Positions 41,696-55,038 of a DNA stretch of 64,000 nucleotides are shown here, piece by piece; positions within the stretch are counted from its first letter, which is position 1, and every line of letters begins with the position of its first letter. Both the position numbers and the translations under genes were made by a program. Source of the DNA: Octopus vulgaris. Lineage: Eukaryota. Under the pieces are notes generated by a model. That model saw nothing but the letters and a program-made list of their open reading frames with translations, had not been told where the DNA came from and ran no database searches. Location of the stretch: NCBI GenBank assembly GCA_951406725.2, contig OX597816.1, positions 92,194,001-92,258,000 of the forward strand, read 5' to 3'.

Positions 41696-42569
41696 TCTAT
41701 ATATATATTTATGTATGTATATATATATGTTTATGTATGTATGTATGTATATATGCTTGTATGTATATACCTATATACTTGCACGCGTACAGGCGTTCAT
41801 AAAATGATCAACATAATTTTATTAAAGTACTAATTTCTACACCAAGTAAAAAAGGTGTCATTTTTCAAATACTCATTCAATTAAAACTAATTTAAAAAAG
41901 CTAAAATCTTAGCCATAAAAGGACATTATTAAAAACTACATCAATTTTCGGGCTGCAACAATAAATATGACACGCTCATATATAGTATTACAGTTTAGGA
42001 AAAGAAAAGATAAAGTGTGATGTAACCCTTTTCTCTCTAACATATTTTCCATATTTCGAATATTTGTTATAATTCAATTTAATACTGATTTAAGGAACTG
42101 TCGCATTTGAGGCAATTCGTTTTGATCAATCGTATTTCAATAAACTGTTTTCGATAAATTTCAAAAAAATCCCTTCCTCTAGGATGATGGTGAGTCCTTT
42201 AGACTTTTAGAGTCATAGTTATTAGAATAATCTTCCCTTTACAGCAATGCTCATAAAGTGAGATTTATGTATTTCTTCCTACTCCAGGCTTTACCACATG
42301 GTAACTTTTGAATTCATTATAACAATATAACTTTACATTTACACAGCTTTCCAACTGTTTATCAAAGCAAAAATTGTCTTTTAATTCACTAAGTAGCCAG
42401 TTTGCTTTACTGAATACAGTGGCGAATCGGAGATTCAAAAGGTTTCTTCTCTAAGGACTCCGACTCTGTCTTGTCAGAATTTCATTGCAATCAAAGTACA
42501 ATTGTTGTACATATAAAGAAAACAATCTTCAACTCTAAATATAACCTGCATACCAGCGAAGATAATATG

Positions 42570-42718
42570 ATTGTTTGGTAAGAAGTTTGCGTGTCAACCA
42601 TAATTCCGGGTTCATTCCTACTGCGTGTCACCTTGGGCAATTGTCTTCTACTATAGCTTTCGGCCGACCAAAACATTGTGAGTCGATTTGGTAGACAGAA
42701 ACCTAAAAATTCACGCCT

Positions 42719-42749
<31 letters not shown>

Positions 42750-42956
42750 GTGTGTATGTGTTGCTTTGTGTTTGTATTACCGCTTAACAACCGATGCTGG
42801 TTTGTTTACGTCCCCGTTAGCTAGAAGTTCGGCAAAAGGAAACGATGAAATAAGTACCAAACTGTTAAGAAGTCATTACAGGGCTAATTTGTTTGACTTA
42901 AACCCATCAAGGCGGTGCCTCATCATGGCCGCTGTCTAATGACTGAAACAAGTAAA
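42570..42956 (+). mobile_element. SINE family A, diverged
   Basis: ggtaagaagtttgc...ccttgggcaattg...internal TA/TG...gactgaaacaagtaaa. Confidence 0.85.
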
Positions 42957-42964
42957 CAATAATA

Positions 42965-43737
42965 TATGAGTAAATGACATTTTTTACGCACTCATCTTAC
43001 TGTAATTTCTTTAAACAAAAGTAGGGGTTGAACAATTACATAACTTTTTGACATAGTCTCCTAGATTTCCAATGCATTTTTTTTCAGTGGTGCACAAACT
43101 TTCTCATTCCATCAGAGAAGGTCTCCAGCCGGTCGCGTTGCCATTTATGAACCGCTTCCTGTGGGCTTTCGTTTCTAGCAAATCAATGAGCTCCAATTTT
43201 TCAACGTTGTGGGCAACCGTATGTGAGCGTGCATTGTCGTGCAACAATAACACGTCATCTGATTCGGCGTTTAGTGCGAATTTGTTGACCAGCATTTCCC
43301 TGTAGCCTACACAAATGACTATTAACCTATTTTCCAGATACTGTTCCAGTAAAGGCCCTTTTGCGTCTCCAAAAACGTTTAGCGTCACAAAAACGTTTCG
43401 AAGGAGGCTGAGATTTGAATTGCTTTTTGCTGGTGATTCCGGGTGATTCCACATCATTCTATGCCTTCAGATGTTATAGGCTCAGGCCCCATCTCTTGTG
43501 ACAATTCTCTACAAAAAAGCATCACCTTCATCGTAGTAGCGGTCGAGTAAGCATTGAAGATCTCCACCTAATTGCACTTATGCAATTAAATCAACGATGA
43601 ATCAAGAAAGAAAACTGGAGCAATCAAGGTCAAACTTCGATTGTAGAACTACAAGAGTACTACGTTTTAGCAGATGAGCGCTGAAAGCCTTGTGGTGAAT
43701 TAAAGAAAGTTTTGGTAATTTTTGACTTCCCCTAGTA
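42965..43737 (-). mobile_element. Internally deleted mariner transposon (transposase pseudogene)
   Basis: AFL*RIVTRD (cf. FLxRIVTGDE), MMWNHPESP, VLLLHDNARSH, C-terminal FSDGMRKFV...CIGNLGDYV; TIR-like end TActaggggaagtcaaaaattacc at 43737. Confidence 0.85.
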
Positions 43738-44548
43738 TATGTATATGTATTCACCATAACTGAAGCCCAAATTCTTCTATTCTCTTTAAAGAATGAATAC
43801 TTCGAGCTTCCGTTTCTTATCCTCTCGAAAACTCAAAAGTCATATGAGATCACGGTTCACATACCTACGAGTGTTTTATAGCTGTTAAGCTGATCAGGTT
43901 CCACCATTAGCATTGATTCTCTTCTAAATACAACATATTTTGTCTTGTGCTACTAATCTGCACCTTTCTTTGCTTCTTTCCTCTTTATCATGTTTACTTT
44001 ATCGCATCAAACAGTGAACTAAGCAATTTTCCCACATTTCCTCGCAAGAAATGCTCCCCGCTAGAATTTATTTCAGAGAGTGGTACTAGTGTTGTACAAG
44101 CGTTTATCACTATGTACATATGTCACTTTATGATAACCTTATTTGCCATTCCATCTATTAAATACCTTATAGCGAGGTAAAAATGGTGACGTGTGCGAAT
44201 TTAACCAGTAGGAAGCGCACAGTTACGAAGCTACACATAGGCAGCAGGAACCTTATTCGGTTTGCAAAGACATTTAACAGTACACAAAGATCATGTCCCA
44301 CAAAGAGATCCAATCAAACCAGTGGATTTACAACTTTCGTCTGTCACTAATGGTTCGAATCATGCAGATCTGCAGCGGAACTGAAGAGTCATCTGAGAGA
44401 TTAAGGAGGGAAAGTCAGAAATTTCATTGTCAACGAGGAAGCACGAAAATACCGCAATAATTTGTGAAGATATAGCAATCACCATATGTATAAACGTATA
44501 TACACACATACGCTTGCGCACACACGCACACAAACACACACACACACA

Positions 44549-44581
<33 letters not shown>

Positions 44582-44582
<1 letters not shown>

Positions 44583-44730
44583 ATAGTAGTCGATTGAGAA
44601 AAAATTGGCACAAAAAAGACAAACAGAATGTGTAGATCCTTAACACGTGTAGGAGAAATTTGATCTCTCTCAAAAAAAAAAAAAGAAAAGATTTGTATTG
44701 AAAAATTACGATAACTCCAGTGCAAAGGTT
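44582..44730 (+). repeat. About 145-bp direct repeat, second copy at 45793-45928
   Basis: aatagtagtcgattgagaaaaaattggcac...gatccttaacacgtgtaggagaaatttga...aattacgataactccagtgcaaa versus aatagcagtcgattgaaaaaaaatggcac...gatccttaaaacgtgtaagagaaatttga...aattacgatgactccagtacaaa. Confidence 0.85.
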
Positions 44731-45508
44731 TATTACAGTTTCAGTCAATCAAAAAGCTATAGAACAAAATATTAAGGAAATTGTTGCATAGTGGAATAGA
44801 ACCTAGAAGTATGTATTTCCGAAGTGAAGTTCTTAATATACTGCTATACCTGTAAATGTTACTGTATAGTTTTGATCAAGATTTAGTTACTATTTCCTGC
44901 ATTTCGAGTGACCACCTAGACACTCTCTCATTTGCTCGTGACTGAAGCTGTAGAAACCGTCTGTGTATTAGTTGGAAAGAACCAGTTGTGGCCGAGATAT
45001 TAATGAAGATTATATGCCAGATAAAGAGTCGAGAATAATAAAGTACCCGCTAATATAATGGAAATCACTTGACACTTGAGGTTGATATTTAAAGGTATGA
45101 AGTACGTGACTTAACTGAATTTCTTATAATGAAAGGCTATGACAAATGTTAACAAAACAGTTCGGTTTTATTCCAAACGTGAGTGTATCATTAATCAGTT
45201 TTACATGGAAGCGAATCGCAAATATCTGTCACATATGATGTATTGCAGAACTGGCTGGACTATTTATTGCCACTCGGGTCATTATTTGCTTGCAGAACTT
45301 TAGCGATTTAGAATTTTCTTACTTCTGGTGGTTTATTTGATTCGCATTTGTAAAAAGCAAACAGAAACAAAAAATATAATCAAACATACGAGGATACTTC
45401 TTTGGCTAGAATTAGCACCACAGACACTATCAAATTATACCCGACAGAATAAAAAAAACCCAATAAACTGAAGGAAACAGTCGATTATGTAGCCCTTGAT
45501 ATATTATA

Positions 45509-45741
45509 TATTTCTTTATTGCCCACAAGGGGCTAAACGTAGAGGGGACAAACAAGGACAGACAAAGGGATTAAGTCGATTACATCGACCCTAGTGCGAA
45601 ACTGGTACTTTATTTATCGACCCCGAAAGGATGAAAGGCAAAGTCGACCTCGGTGGAATTTGAACTCAGAACGTAACAACAGACGAAATACCGCTAAGCA
45701 TTTCGCCCGGCGTGCTAACGACTCTGCCAGCTCGCCGCCTT
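45509..45741 (-). mobile_element. Full-length SINE family B (Meta-domain-like core) with a 16-bp TSD
   Basis: Minus strand: ggcggcgagctggcaga head, gagttcaaattcc B box, gcctttcatcctttcggggtcgataaa...gtaccag core. TSD cccttgatatattata (45493-45508) / cccatggtatattata (45742-45757). Confidence 0.92.
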
Positions 45742-46859
45742 CCCATGGTATATTATAACAGAAGAGAAGGGAGGGAGACTATTCGCGGCTGAAATAGCAG
45801 TCGATTGAAAAAAAATGGCACTGAAAAAGCAAACAGAATATGAAGATCCTTAAAACGTGTAAGAGAAATTTGACCCCTCAAAAAAAGAAATATATTGAGA
45901 AATTACGATGACTCCAGTACAAAAGTTATATATAAACCCTACAATACAGAACACGTGTACAACTTTATTAAAGTAAATCTAAACTCTTAATAAAATCTAA
46001 AACATTAGAGGAAATTGGAAAAACGTCGTGCATCTGTCTACAATATTTTTCTGTCACCACCGCCCCCACAAAGAATACGGCAGGATATATGAAAAACCAA
46101 TTATATAGCTGACGATAGTCAATGTACATTATATAAGCATTACAAAAAGTCATACATATTCAAATATAATTACCTACAGCAATAACTAAATAACTTTATG
46201 ATATGAGAATCTCATCATACGCTACATTCAAATTGCAATAATACAAGAGACAATGCCACGTACACAGTATAGCTCACTTTAAAATACATTGTACCCTTCA
46301 ACTATATTTGGTGACATAGCCGGTGTACAAAATCTTTACAGTCTTCTACACACCACTAGTCATGCAACATACCCACAATAATACATTTATTTAAAAAATA
46401 AACAAAACACCTACATTAACATTGTAAAACTCCGTAGAACCCTTGTCAACAAGACTTAGAATCATATCTCATATTACTCAATATTTCCAAAGATTTTTAT
46501 ATGCGATAAAAACGTAGAAGCTTCCAAACAGTATCTCTTACTGGGCGAAATAAATAAGATATAAATTGCACATTTGACACATCATCCTGATAATGATTAG
46601 GGACAAACCCAACTGTAACAAACACTCTCTTTACACGCTCACACACGCACATACACATACCGTATAATTCAGCATAAAATCATTAAACAATAATGTATAA
46701 AAATGGGCAAAAGAACAAAAAGTGGATAAACATCAAGATCAGGTGTAAAACACGATGTATGTAATATAGCTATTAACAACGATCCCACCACATTAGAATT
46801 GACGGACCTTAGGTAACTGTCTACCCTCTAGTAAAAATAATTCCTTCTCTAGTCATATA

Positions 46860-47092
46860 AACACACAGGACTGGGTTTTCTGTTTCTATGGCATGTGTAT
46901 ACTTCCCACCTGGACGAGACGCCGGTCCGTCGCAAGATTACTCATTTTTGCCGGTCGGCTGAACTGGAGCAATGTGAAATGAAGTGTTTTGCTCAAGAAT
47001 ACAACGTCTCGCCCGGTCCAGAAATTGTAACCACAGTCTTGTAACCAAGATCATGAGCCCAACACTCACCTCGCTAAGCCAAGCGCCGCCAC
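46860..47092 (-). mobile_element. tRNA-derived SINE with CORE-like and V-like segments
   Basis: Minus strand: ggcgcttggcttagcg head, ttcttgagcaaaacacttcatttcacattgctccag (CORE-like), gcgacggaccggcgtctcgtccagg (V-like). Confidence 0.75.
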
Positions 47093-47408
47093 GTTTTCCC
47101 TCTAATAGAGAGCAAAATCATTTTGAAACATTCTGTCAAAAACCACTCAGTAAAAACAAAGAGAAATAATATATTATGATAGTAGCCAACTTCTCACTTC
47201 AGATACAATAAAAGTAATTGGGAATTAAAAAAATATATGAAGAGAAAATTGAGAACAGAGGAATTACAAACACACATTCACACCCAAAGCCAAAAAGAAT
47301 TCGTTTACTTTTCAGCATTTTCTACATTCCATACGAAATTTACGCAATCCATAGAATAGCAGAACTGTGAAAAAGCAGAGCGATGCTAAAATACAACAAA
47401 AATGTTAT

Positions 47409-47554
47409 CGCAGGCGTGGTTGTGTGGTAAGAAACTTGCTTCCTAGCCACATGGTTTCGGGTTCAGTTCCACTGCGTGGCACCTTGTGCGAGTGTCTTCC
47501 ACTTTAGCATCGGGCCGATTAAAGCCTTGTGTGTGGATTTGCTATACAGAAACT

Positions 47555-47594
<40 letters not shown>

Positions 47595-47757
47595 CTGTGT
47601 GTATGTGTGTCTTTGCATCTGTGTTTATACCCCACCAGTGCTTGACAACCGGTGTTATTGTGTTTACGTTCCCGTAACTTTGTGGTTCTGTAAAAGAACC
47701 GATGGAATAAGTACCAGGTTTTAAAAAATAAGTGTTGAGGGCGATTCATTCGACTAA
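47409..47757 (+). mobile_element. SINE family A, 3'-truncated, with internal (CA)n
   Basis: cgcaggcgtggttgtgtggtaagaa...ggttcagttccactgcgtggcaccttg...cttgacaaccgg...ttcgactaa. Confidence 0.85.
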
Positions 47758-48255
47758 CAATAACTTTAATGATTAGAATAAGGGAAGCAAGTGAAAGAAT
47801 GGAAAATGAAAGACAAATATTAATGAAAGACCAGTATAGATCTAAAATCTTCCTATTTTCACGCTAAAATCTAGAAAGGTATATCATATTCAGCTTTCTA
47901 ACTGACAACATGAATTTAGATAAATTCGTTAAAAAACCAGAGCTTTATGAAATCCAGTCTAAGGAGGAGCCTCAGTGCGGACATTCCATCTCGCTAGAAA
48001 TAGCAGCAAGCCTCCATCAAACTCATGCTCTGTTTGAATGAAAATATAGGTGGTAACGATTGGAACGTCTTTTCGATCAGAAAAGACGAAGGAATAAAGA
48101 ACACGTTTAACTATGAACAAATGGCACTTTATTCTTACGAACTGTACTAAATGGCATAAATGTAATCAAACCATTAATTTTATTCAATATAATATTTTAT
48201 TAAGAAAGAAAAACAAAACCCGAACATACAAAACTACCTCTTTTGTCGCCAATCC

Positions 48256-48675
48256 TATGTGGTGTATGGTAACAAGATTTGTAGAATTTTAAATTTTGTG
48301 TAAAATAAAAGCTTCTGAGTAGTTACGTTTAATAAAAAAATAACTTATTTACCTAAGTTTTAACATCATCGCCTCGGAAATAGTCACCCTGCGTAGCAAC
48401 ACACGGTTCCAGCGTTCCTGCAACTTTTGTAATCCGGCCTGGACGTTGTTTTCCATAAGCGAGTCCAGGATCTTCTGCGATTCGCCCTTGATTTCGACAA
48501 CGGTGTTAAAACGGCGACCTTAGAGATGTATTTTAATCTTGAAAAAGAGATAGAAGTCTGCTGGAGCTAAATTTGGAGAGTAGGGTGGGTGCAGAAGCAA
48601 TACCCAGTTGATTTTGGTGAGGAATCTGTTGCGCGTTACAGAACTAGTCCGGGAACATTTTGATACTACCTCGTA
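48256..48675 (-). mobile_element. Mariner deletion derivative retaining the catalytic C-terminal region
   Basis: TIR TAcgaggtagtatcaaaatgttccc at 48675. Minus strand reads LLHPPYSPNLAPADFYLFFKIK...GRRF...LQERWNR/CVATQGDYF, the mariner YSPDLAPxD motif. The other TIR is degraded. Confidence 0.88.
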
Positions 48676-50259
48676 TATTTGAATTATACTTGAATCTACT
48701 CATACTCCGAAAAAAAACATGCAGACGGACTCATACCCAGATTATGTCACTACCACATCCTCTCGTCATTCCCTAGGCAGCAATACAGCATCTACTATTT
48801 GCAGGTAACTGATATAGTACTTAGCGTTCTCAGCTACGTCGAAGAACATGGCTTTAAACAACATCAATGCCGTGCAACAATAAATTACCGACTGATCACT
48901 TGACTTGTAGAAATGACAGCCAAAAAGGACCCCAAATTAATCTTTACTCACTTAAAAATGACACATTAAATAATATTGCCTGCAGTGCTCAAGCCTGAAA
49001 ATAGTCATGAATGCAATTCTTCTGATCATAAATCTGTTTGTTGTAAATCTGTCTTCGTGATAAGGAAGAACGACAGCAAAGTTAATGCTTACACAGAAGA
49101 TACAAAATAAAATGACACACAACCATATCCAGAATGTGTGTTTGTGTATTAAGTAAATAGAAGCAATTAAGTAGCAATATCAGTAGAGAAACAAAGTTTT
49201 AGATCCATCATATATTATGTATTATGTCAAACTTGCTTAGGTGTTCATTTTGTCAATACAGATCTTTAACGGGCTATGAAGAATACGAAACAGCCTCCCA
49301 GTACAAGGAAATAGTAATTCTTAAACTGAAAGATCACCTGAACATACAAAGTGTATAGTTTGTCGTCACAGATAACGAGCCTAGTATTTTTTTTCATTGT
49401 ACAAATACCAAGAAACAAGTACATATATATCTGTATCTCCTTCTAACCCTATTATAGCACCATCTTAATAACTCCATCCTTTTTACTCAGTCCAGAAAAC
49501 CACAACAACAAAACACATACAAAAACAACAGAAAAAATATCAGTACAATTAGTCCCAAATATTGATATCCAATACCATAGTAACACTTCTTTCCTCCTAA
49601 AGTACCACCTTGCTCGTCTCTGCGGTAGCTACTCTTGTATCTACGGAATGGATAGTGAGACAAGATTATAATATTCTCGGATTACCATATTACAATCCAA
49701 CTGACAAACCACTACGCGCCAGTGCTCAGCATAATTGTTACCGAGATGAAGCCATGTTATAGCTGGAACTGTATGTCGCATATAATCGATTGAATGACTA
49801 TCAATGCATTATGATTTTGTTCGATCTCACATATCCGATAACTGACTACCGGTATCCTAAGCAAAAACGAAAAAAACACATGACATGTGATATCAAACCG
49901 TCTATGCATGTAACACGTAAAGTGTGGCGGGCATTTGTCTGATAATGTATAGTTGAGACATCTGTAACGCACAACCTAAGCTTAATAATTATTTTTATTT
50001 TTGCTATACACTCATAAATTTCTATTGAACGGGTCAAGTCGATTAAGTCTAATTAGTATAATACAGGAACTTATTTTATCCATGACTAAGGATAATAGAA
50101 TTTACTCTGGTAAACTTAGGCTCGTCAGAATTTTAAAGTCAGCTCAAAAGTACATAACGTAAAACAAAATATTTCATGTGACGATATCTCGTATCTGCCA
50201 ATCGACAACCTTCATCTTGATTTTCCACATATGACCCGAAATGTTACGAATGAGTTATA

Positions 50260-50455
50260 GCCTCAATACTTGACTATATTGGTCTCAATACTTGTACCTT
50301 GATTACATTGGTCTCAATACTTGACTGGTATTGTACTTTAGTGATTCCAAAAGGATGAAGGGTAAGACTGACCTCGGTAGAATTTGAACTCTGAAAGTAG
50401 AGTTGGAAAATATACCGCAAGCCCGAAACTCTAACGATTCGACGAATTCACCTTC
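50260..50455 (-). mobile_element. Diverged SINE family B copy with a triplicated ctcaatacttg unit
   Basis: aaaggatgaagggtaagactgacctcggtagaatttgaactc core; ctcaatacttg three times at 50262-50323. Confidence 0.65.
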
Positions 50456-53084
50456 CCTCAGGCTAAAAATATCTTCGTTCATTGGCCTTAGATCTGTACG
50501 GGAAGTTTAAGCTTGCAAGAATCAACCGAAGTCATGACTTGTATTTTGTAATCATAGAATTACTAAAGACAAATACACCTTGAACTAATTTGGAAACTTA
50601 ATACTGGTAAGGCATTCTATCTAAACGATCCTGAGGTTTCTACAGTCTAGCATAACATTTTAGCTTAAATGTGTTTTCGTCGGTTTCGTCGATGAAGATT
50701 CAGTTTGAACGGCTCAATTACCTCTTCAACAAATTAGAGTTTTAAGTAACTGACCATTTCACGGACACGTGTATACTCAGCGGAAATCCTAAGACAAAAT
50801 CAGCATAAGACTATGTGACAGGGCTTGACTTCTGAAAACGGGACTCTGCATAGTTTCCATCTGTCCGTTTCTCTCACAAGGTTTGGGTCGACACGGATCT
50901 ATGGTAAAAATCAGTTGCCCAAGATGTTACGTACTAGTATCGAACGCTTGACATCATGTTTGATCAGAGTCGACTTAAGGGAAGACGATTATACGTAAAT
51001 CTATAACTTTTAGTGTTCTCCTCGATATGAGAAAAAGGAGTGATGTGAATAGATCTCAGTTCATAATCAAAATCAGATCGCTGACTAGTTTATTTGTGAC
51101 TGAACTACAGCCCTATGAAACTTGATATAACAGACGTCCATGCAGTAACAACACAATGAACAACATAAAAACTCCAATACTATTTTACCATTGCTGATGT
51201 CACTAACCGACACTATTCTGATTGATTTGGCCGTGAAGATTTTTCAGTTCAGTGCTTCAGAAGCTAAAATAATTGTGAAATATTCTATGGACAATTCCCT
51301 AGCCGACAATACCTCCTCATACCTATTTAAAGCTAATTTAAAGTCTTTGCAACTGATAAGATGCGGCGCCACTGACGGCTTTCAAACTGCGACGCTCGAC
51401 CAGTTCTGGCTTTTGCAAATATTATTACTAAGTCTAGGAATCCTTAAAACTTCATTAAAATATTGATGCTCAAACTTGATTAATGTTACTAATTTGATAA
51501 TGGCTAAAACACAGAAAAAGTGAAATAACAATGTCTAGATTAACATTAGCAACTTTATAGTCGACCAACAGTGAAAGAGACGGTAATAAATGATACAATA
51601 ATAAATACTAAACATACTATTAAATGCAACAAAGGCGAAACAACAATCACGAAAATAATAGTAATTGTAATGTTCGTTTTAATGATCGTATCATTTAGCA
51701 ATGCTTTAATAATGAATGGAACTGATTAATTATCTTGAGACTGCTAAAATAGCTCCTTAATTAGTAACAGAAAAAAGATGATTACGAAAAGAACAAGCAA
51801 GGAAGAAATAACAATTGACCTTTTCCCTAATGCTTCATTTTAATTCTAGTACAATGAAGACTCTGGTGAAAACTGAAGCTAAAAGTCACCTGTTTTATAT
51901 CTTTTCTTCACTGTTTTAAACCAAAAGTGCAACAAGTATGTCTTAATATTATTGCTCTGTAGGCGAAATAATGAACTTCACAAAGATTATAATTACTTTG
52001 CTAAAGATCACTCTGAAGCAGATATTTTGATTTATTGAAATCTGTCTGCAATTATATGTTGTAATAAATGGTGAGAGAAGTTTAATAGAAGCTAGCTCGC
52101 TATGAATACTCTCCATGTTACAGTTCCAATCTCTGTTTGTGGTAATTTCAGCTGATAATTGTCACCAATGTGTCTGAACTGTCATTAACGGCGTGTCAGT
52201 TCATATTCGTGTCCAGCATAGGATACATTCTCCGTTCTCAACGAAATAAGCTAAAATGGAACTGATCTCACTGATCTTAATTATCTTCACCTGGCTAACG
52301 TGGCTCTACTTGATACCAGGAAGAACGTTGTCATGAAAGCTGAATCACAAGATGTTCAATAAAAGACGTCCATTATATGTTTGGAACCAATTCGGAGATG
52401 AAAAGTGAGAAATAGTTTCGAAATCTAAACCATTTCTCTAGATGTTTCCAAAGAGTCTACTTTGTTCGCTTTAAAAAAAAAAAGATTGGTGAATATTCCA
52501 CTAATACTAGATATGAAGATGGAAAAAACAAAAATGTTTATAACGGGCCTCACGGGTCACTTCCACGTCGGATTTGGACTAAATAGGAACAGCTACGTAG
52601 AGTGGAAGCTTAACCTAAATTTGCGCACAAGTAGATATGAAATGTGATTAGTTGGACACAATAAGTCGGGAATGAGAATCCATAAATTACTTTCTGGTAC
52701 AAAGGGATGAAGAACTTTTACAGTATATCCTAGCAAAAATAGGCCTCGGAAAGGGAGGAATCGAAAGTAAAGAAAGGTTAAGAGAAGAAAAGAGAATCAC
52801 TATTAATAACGAATATCCGAATTCGAGACTGAAAGTTTCGGGACTGCCTTTCCTCTTTTATCTAGAGAGGGAGTTTGAAACATTGCTGACATCCGACCAT
52901 GATCACACTGTGTATGTGTGTGCGTGTTTGTGTAATTGTAAATGTAAAAGTAGTATCTCCAACATAGATGTTGTTCCTGGAAACCAAGGCATGACCATGA
53001 AAGGAATTGATAAAAAATAAAGAAAAAAAGAAATGACTTTTCTAACTTGCAAACAGAAAACGCGCGAGATAATCAGAGTTATCA

Positions 53085-53293
53085 TTCGGTACCACTCAAG
53101 CCTCAAATTTTGCGCGAGTGGACTAATCGATTACATTGACCCTAATATTTCACTGGTACTCAATTTATCGATCCTGAAAGGATGAAAGACAAAGTCGACA
53201 TCGGTTGAATTTGAACTCAGAATGTAAAGACGAACGAAACATCGCTAAGCATTTCAACCCCGACGTGCTAACGGTTCTGCTATTTCGCCGCCT

Positions 53294-53324
<31 letters not shown>

Positions 53325-53462
53325 GATAATGATGATGATGATGTTTTCAGTATTTGGCACACGGCCAGCAAGTTAGGATGGAGGGATTAAGTCGATTTCA
53401 TCAACCCCGGTGCCTAACTGCTAATTATTTTATCGATTCCGAAAGGACGAAAGACAAAGTCG
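53085..53462 (-). mobile_element. Two tandem SINE family B copies (53085-53294 full; 53344-53462 partial) separated by (TAC)n/(GAT)n
   Basis: Both carry the tttatcgat.c.gaaagga.gaaagacaaagtcg core; the first ends in cgccgcctt. Confidence 0.85.
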
Positions 53463-54348
53463 TAAGTAGTTAGTGTAATACTCCTAAGAGATATGGCTTC
53501 GGTTATTTTCCGTTTCCTCTGATGCTACCTGTCTGCCACTTCCCTTACAATATTTTTCTCAGAGCCCTTTCTGAGGAGCGAATTCTGACATAACAGGAAT
53601 TCCTCCAGGTGTTGCCTTAAGAACTTTTGTGGTTTGCTGTGTCTGTTGTTATTCTCAACCTTTCAGTTCCTTTGAATTCAGAGCCTTTAAATATCCTTTA
53701 CTGCTTGAATGATAAATCTTCGAACTTTTCTTTCGGTATAAATCTAGAATCCTTTCTTGGTGCTGCAAGGTAGTCACAGCTTGTATACTTATTATAACCC
53801 CATCTGAGCACATATCATTGAATATTGCAGCGCTGAACACCTGCTGCAGTAGTTCCACAAAATTGACTATATTACAGAGATTGACATATTTTCCAATGTC
53901 TTTTACTCTGACTTTCGTGGGATCAGTTTGTAGGCAGTTTTATTGCATGCACGCTGTATTTGTTTCAACCCGTTCTAAAATTTACAAACAGCGTATATCA
54001 TATATGCAATCCCACTATATGGGTTGTCTTTAATTACTTCCTGGAGGACACGAGAAAAGTTCATTTGTCTTTGTAAATTATCATTTGTCTCGTGGTTATA
54101 TGATGACTTCAAGAAGAGAAGCACCAGGGTCTTTGACATAATATTGCCATACAGTTGTTGTCTCATTTAAGTGTTCCGTTTCAGTGCCCAATTCATTTTA
54201 ATATGTTTTCAAATGTGCGTGTTTTTGTATGGGTGTGTTTGTGTGTGAGTGTGTGTGAATGATACTCTTAACGATGATGCTGTTGTTTTTATCAAACGTG
54301 TTGTTTACAATGTTACCGTTTTCCGGCGAAATTTAGCCCCCTCATTTC

Positions 54349-54418
54349 CTGCGATTAGAATGTCAAAACATAAAAAAAAATAGTTTTGACATTTTGAATT
54401 TTGACATTCTAATCGCAG
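54349..54418. other. Perfect 20-bp inverted repeat forming a 70-nt hairpin
   Basis: ctgcgattagaatgtcaaaa (54349-54368) is the exact reverse complement of ttttgacattctaatcgcag (54399-54418). Confidence 0.9.
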
Positions 54419-54610
54419 AAATAATATCAAAATAAAAGCACCTTTTTCGCTTATTTCACTAAAAAATTAACTCTAGTTGTTCAGAATGTACTGTTTATTG
54501 AAGCTGCCAGAAGCTACGAAAATATAGGTCTTGCCAGGCAAGTAATAATATGAACAAGAAAAACATCAGCAAAAACAAGAACAACAAGAACAGCAACAGC
54601 AACAATTAGA

Positions 54611-55038
54611 ATCTTTTCACTATAGGTACGAGGCCTGAAATTTTGGGGTGGGATAGAGTGGTGGTTAGTCGATCACATCGATTCCACTCCTTAGCTGGTA
54701 CTTTATTATATCAACCCCAAAAGGGATGGAGGGCCAAATCGACCTCGGCAGAATTTGAACTCAGAACGTAAAGTCTGACGAAACTAACCATTCTGCCAAC
54801 TTTTTGCTTAATGATAAAAATAATGGCTTCACATTTTGGCATAAGGCCAGCAACTTCGAGGGAAAGGGCGAGTCGATTATATCGACCCCGGAGCTTAATT
54901 GGTACTTATCTAATCGGCCCAGAAAGGCTGAGAAGAAAAGTCGATATCGATGGAATTTGAACTCAGAACACAATGACGGACGAAATGCCGCTAAGCATTT
55001 TGCCTGGCGTGCTTGCGGTTCTGTCAGCTCACTGCCTT
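54611..55038 (-). mobile_element. Two tandem SINE family B copies (54611-54800 and 54825-55038)
   Basis: Each has a tail (aggcctgaaatttt or aggccagcaacttc), ggtact...gaatttgaactcagaac core and head end. Confidence 0.85.

Noticed and set aside
53655-54166. Short ORFs in non-repeat-looking sequence
   Set aside because: No continuous frame, recognisable motif or convincing splice sites.
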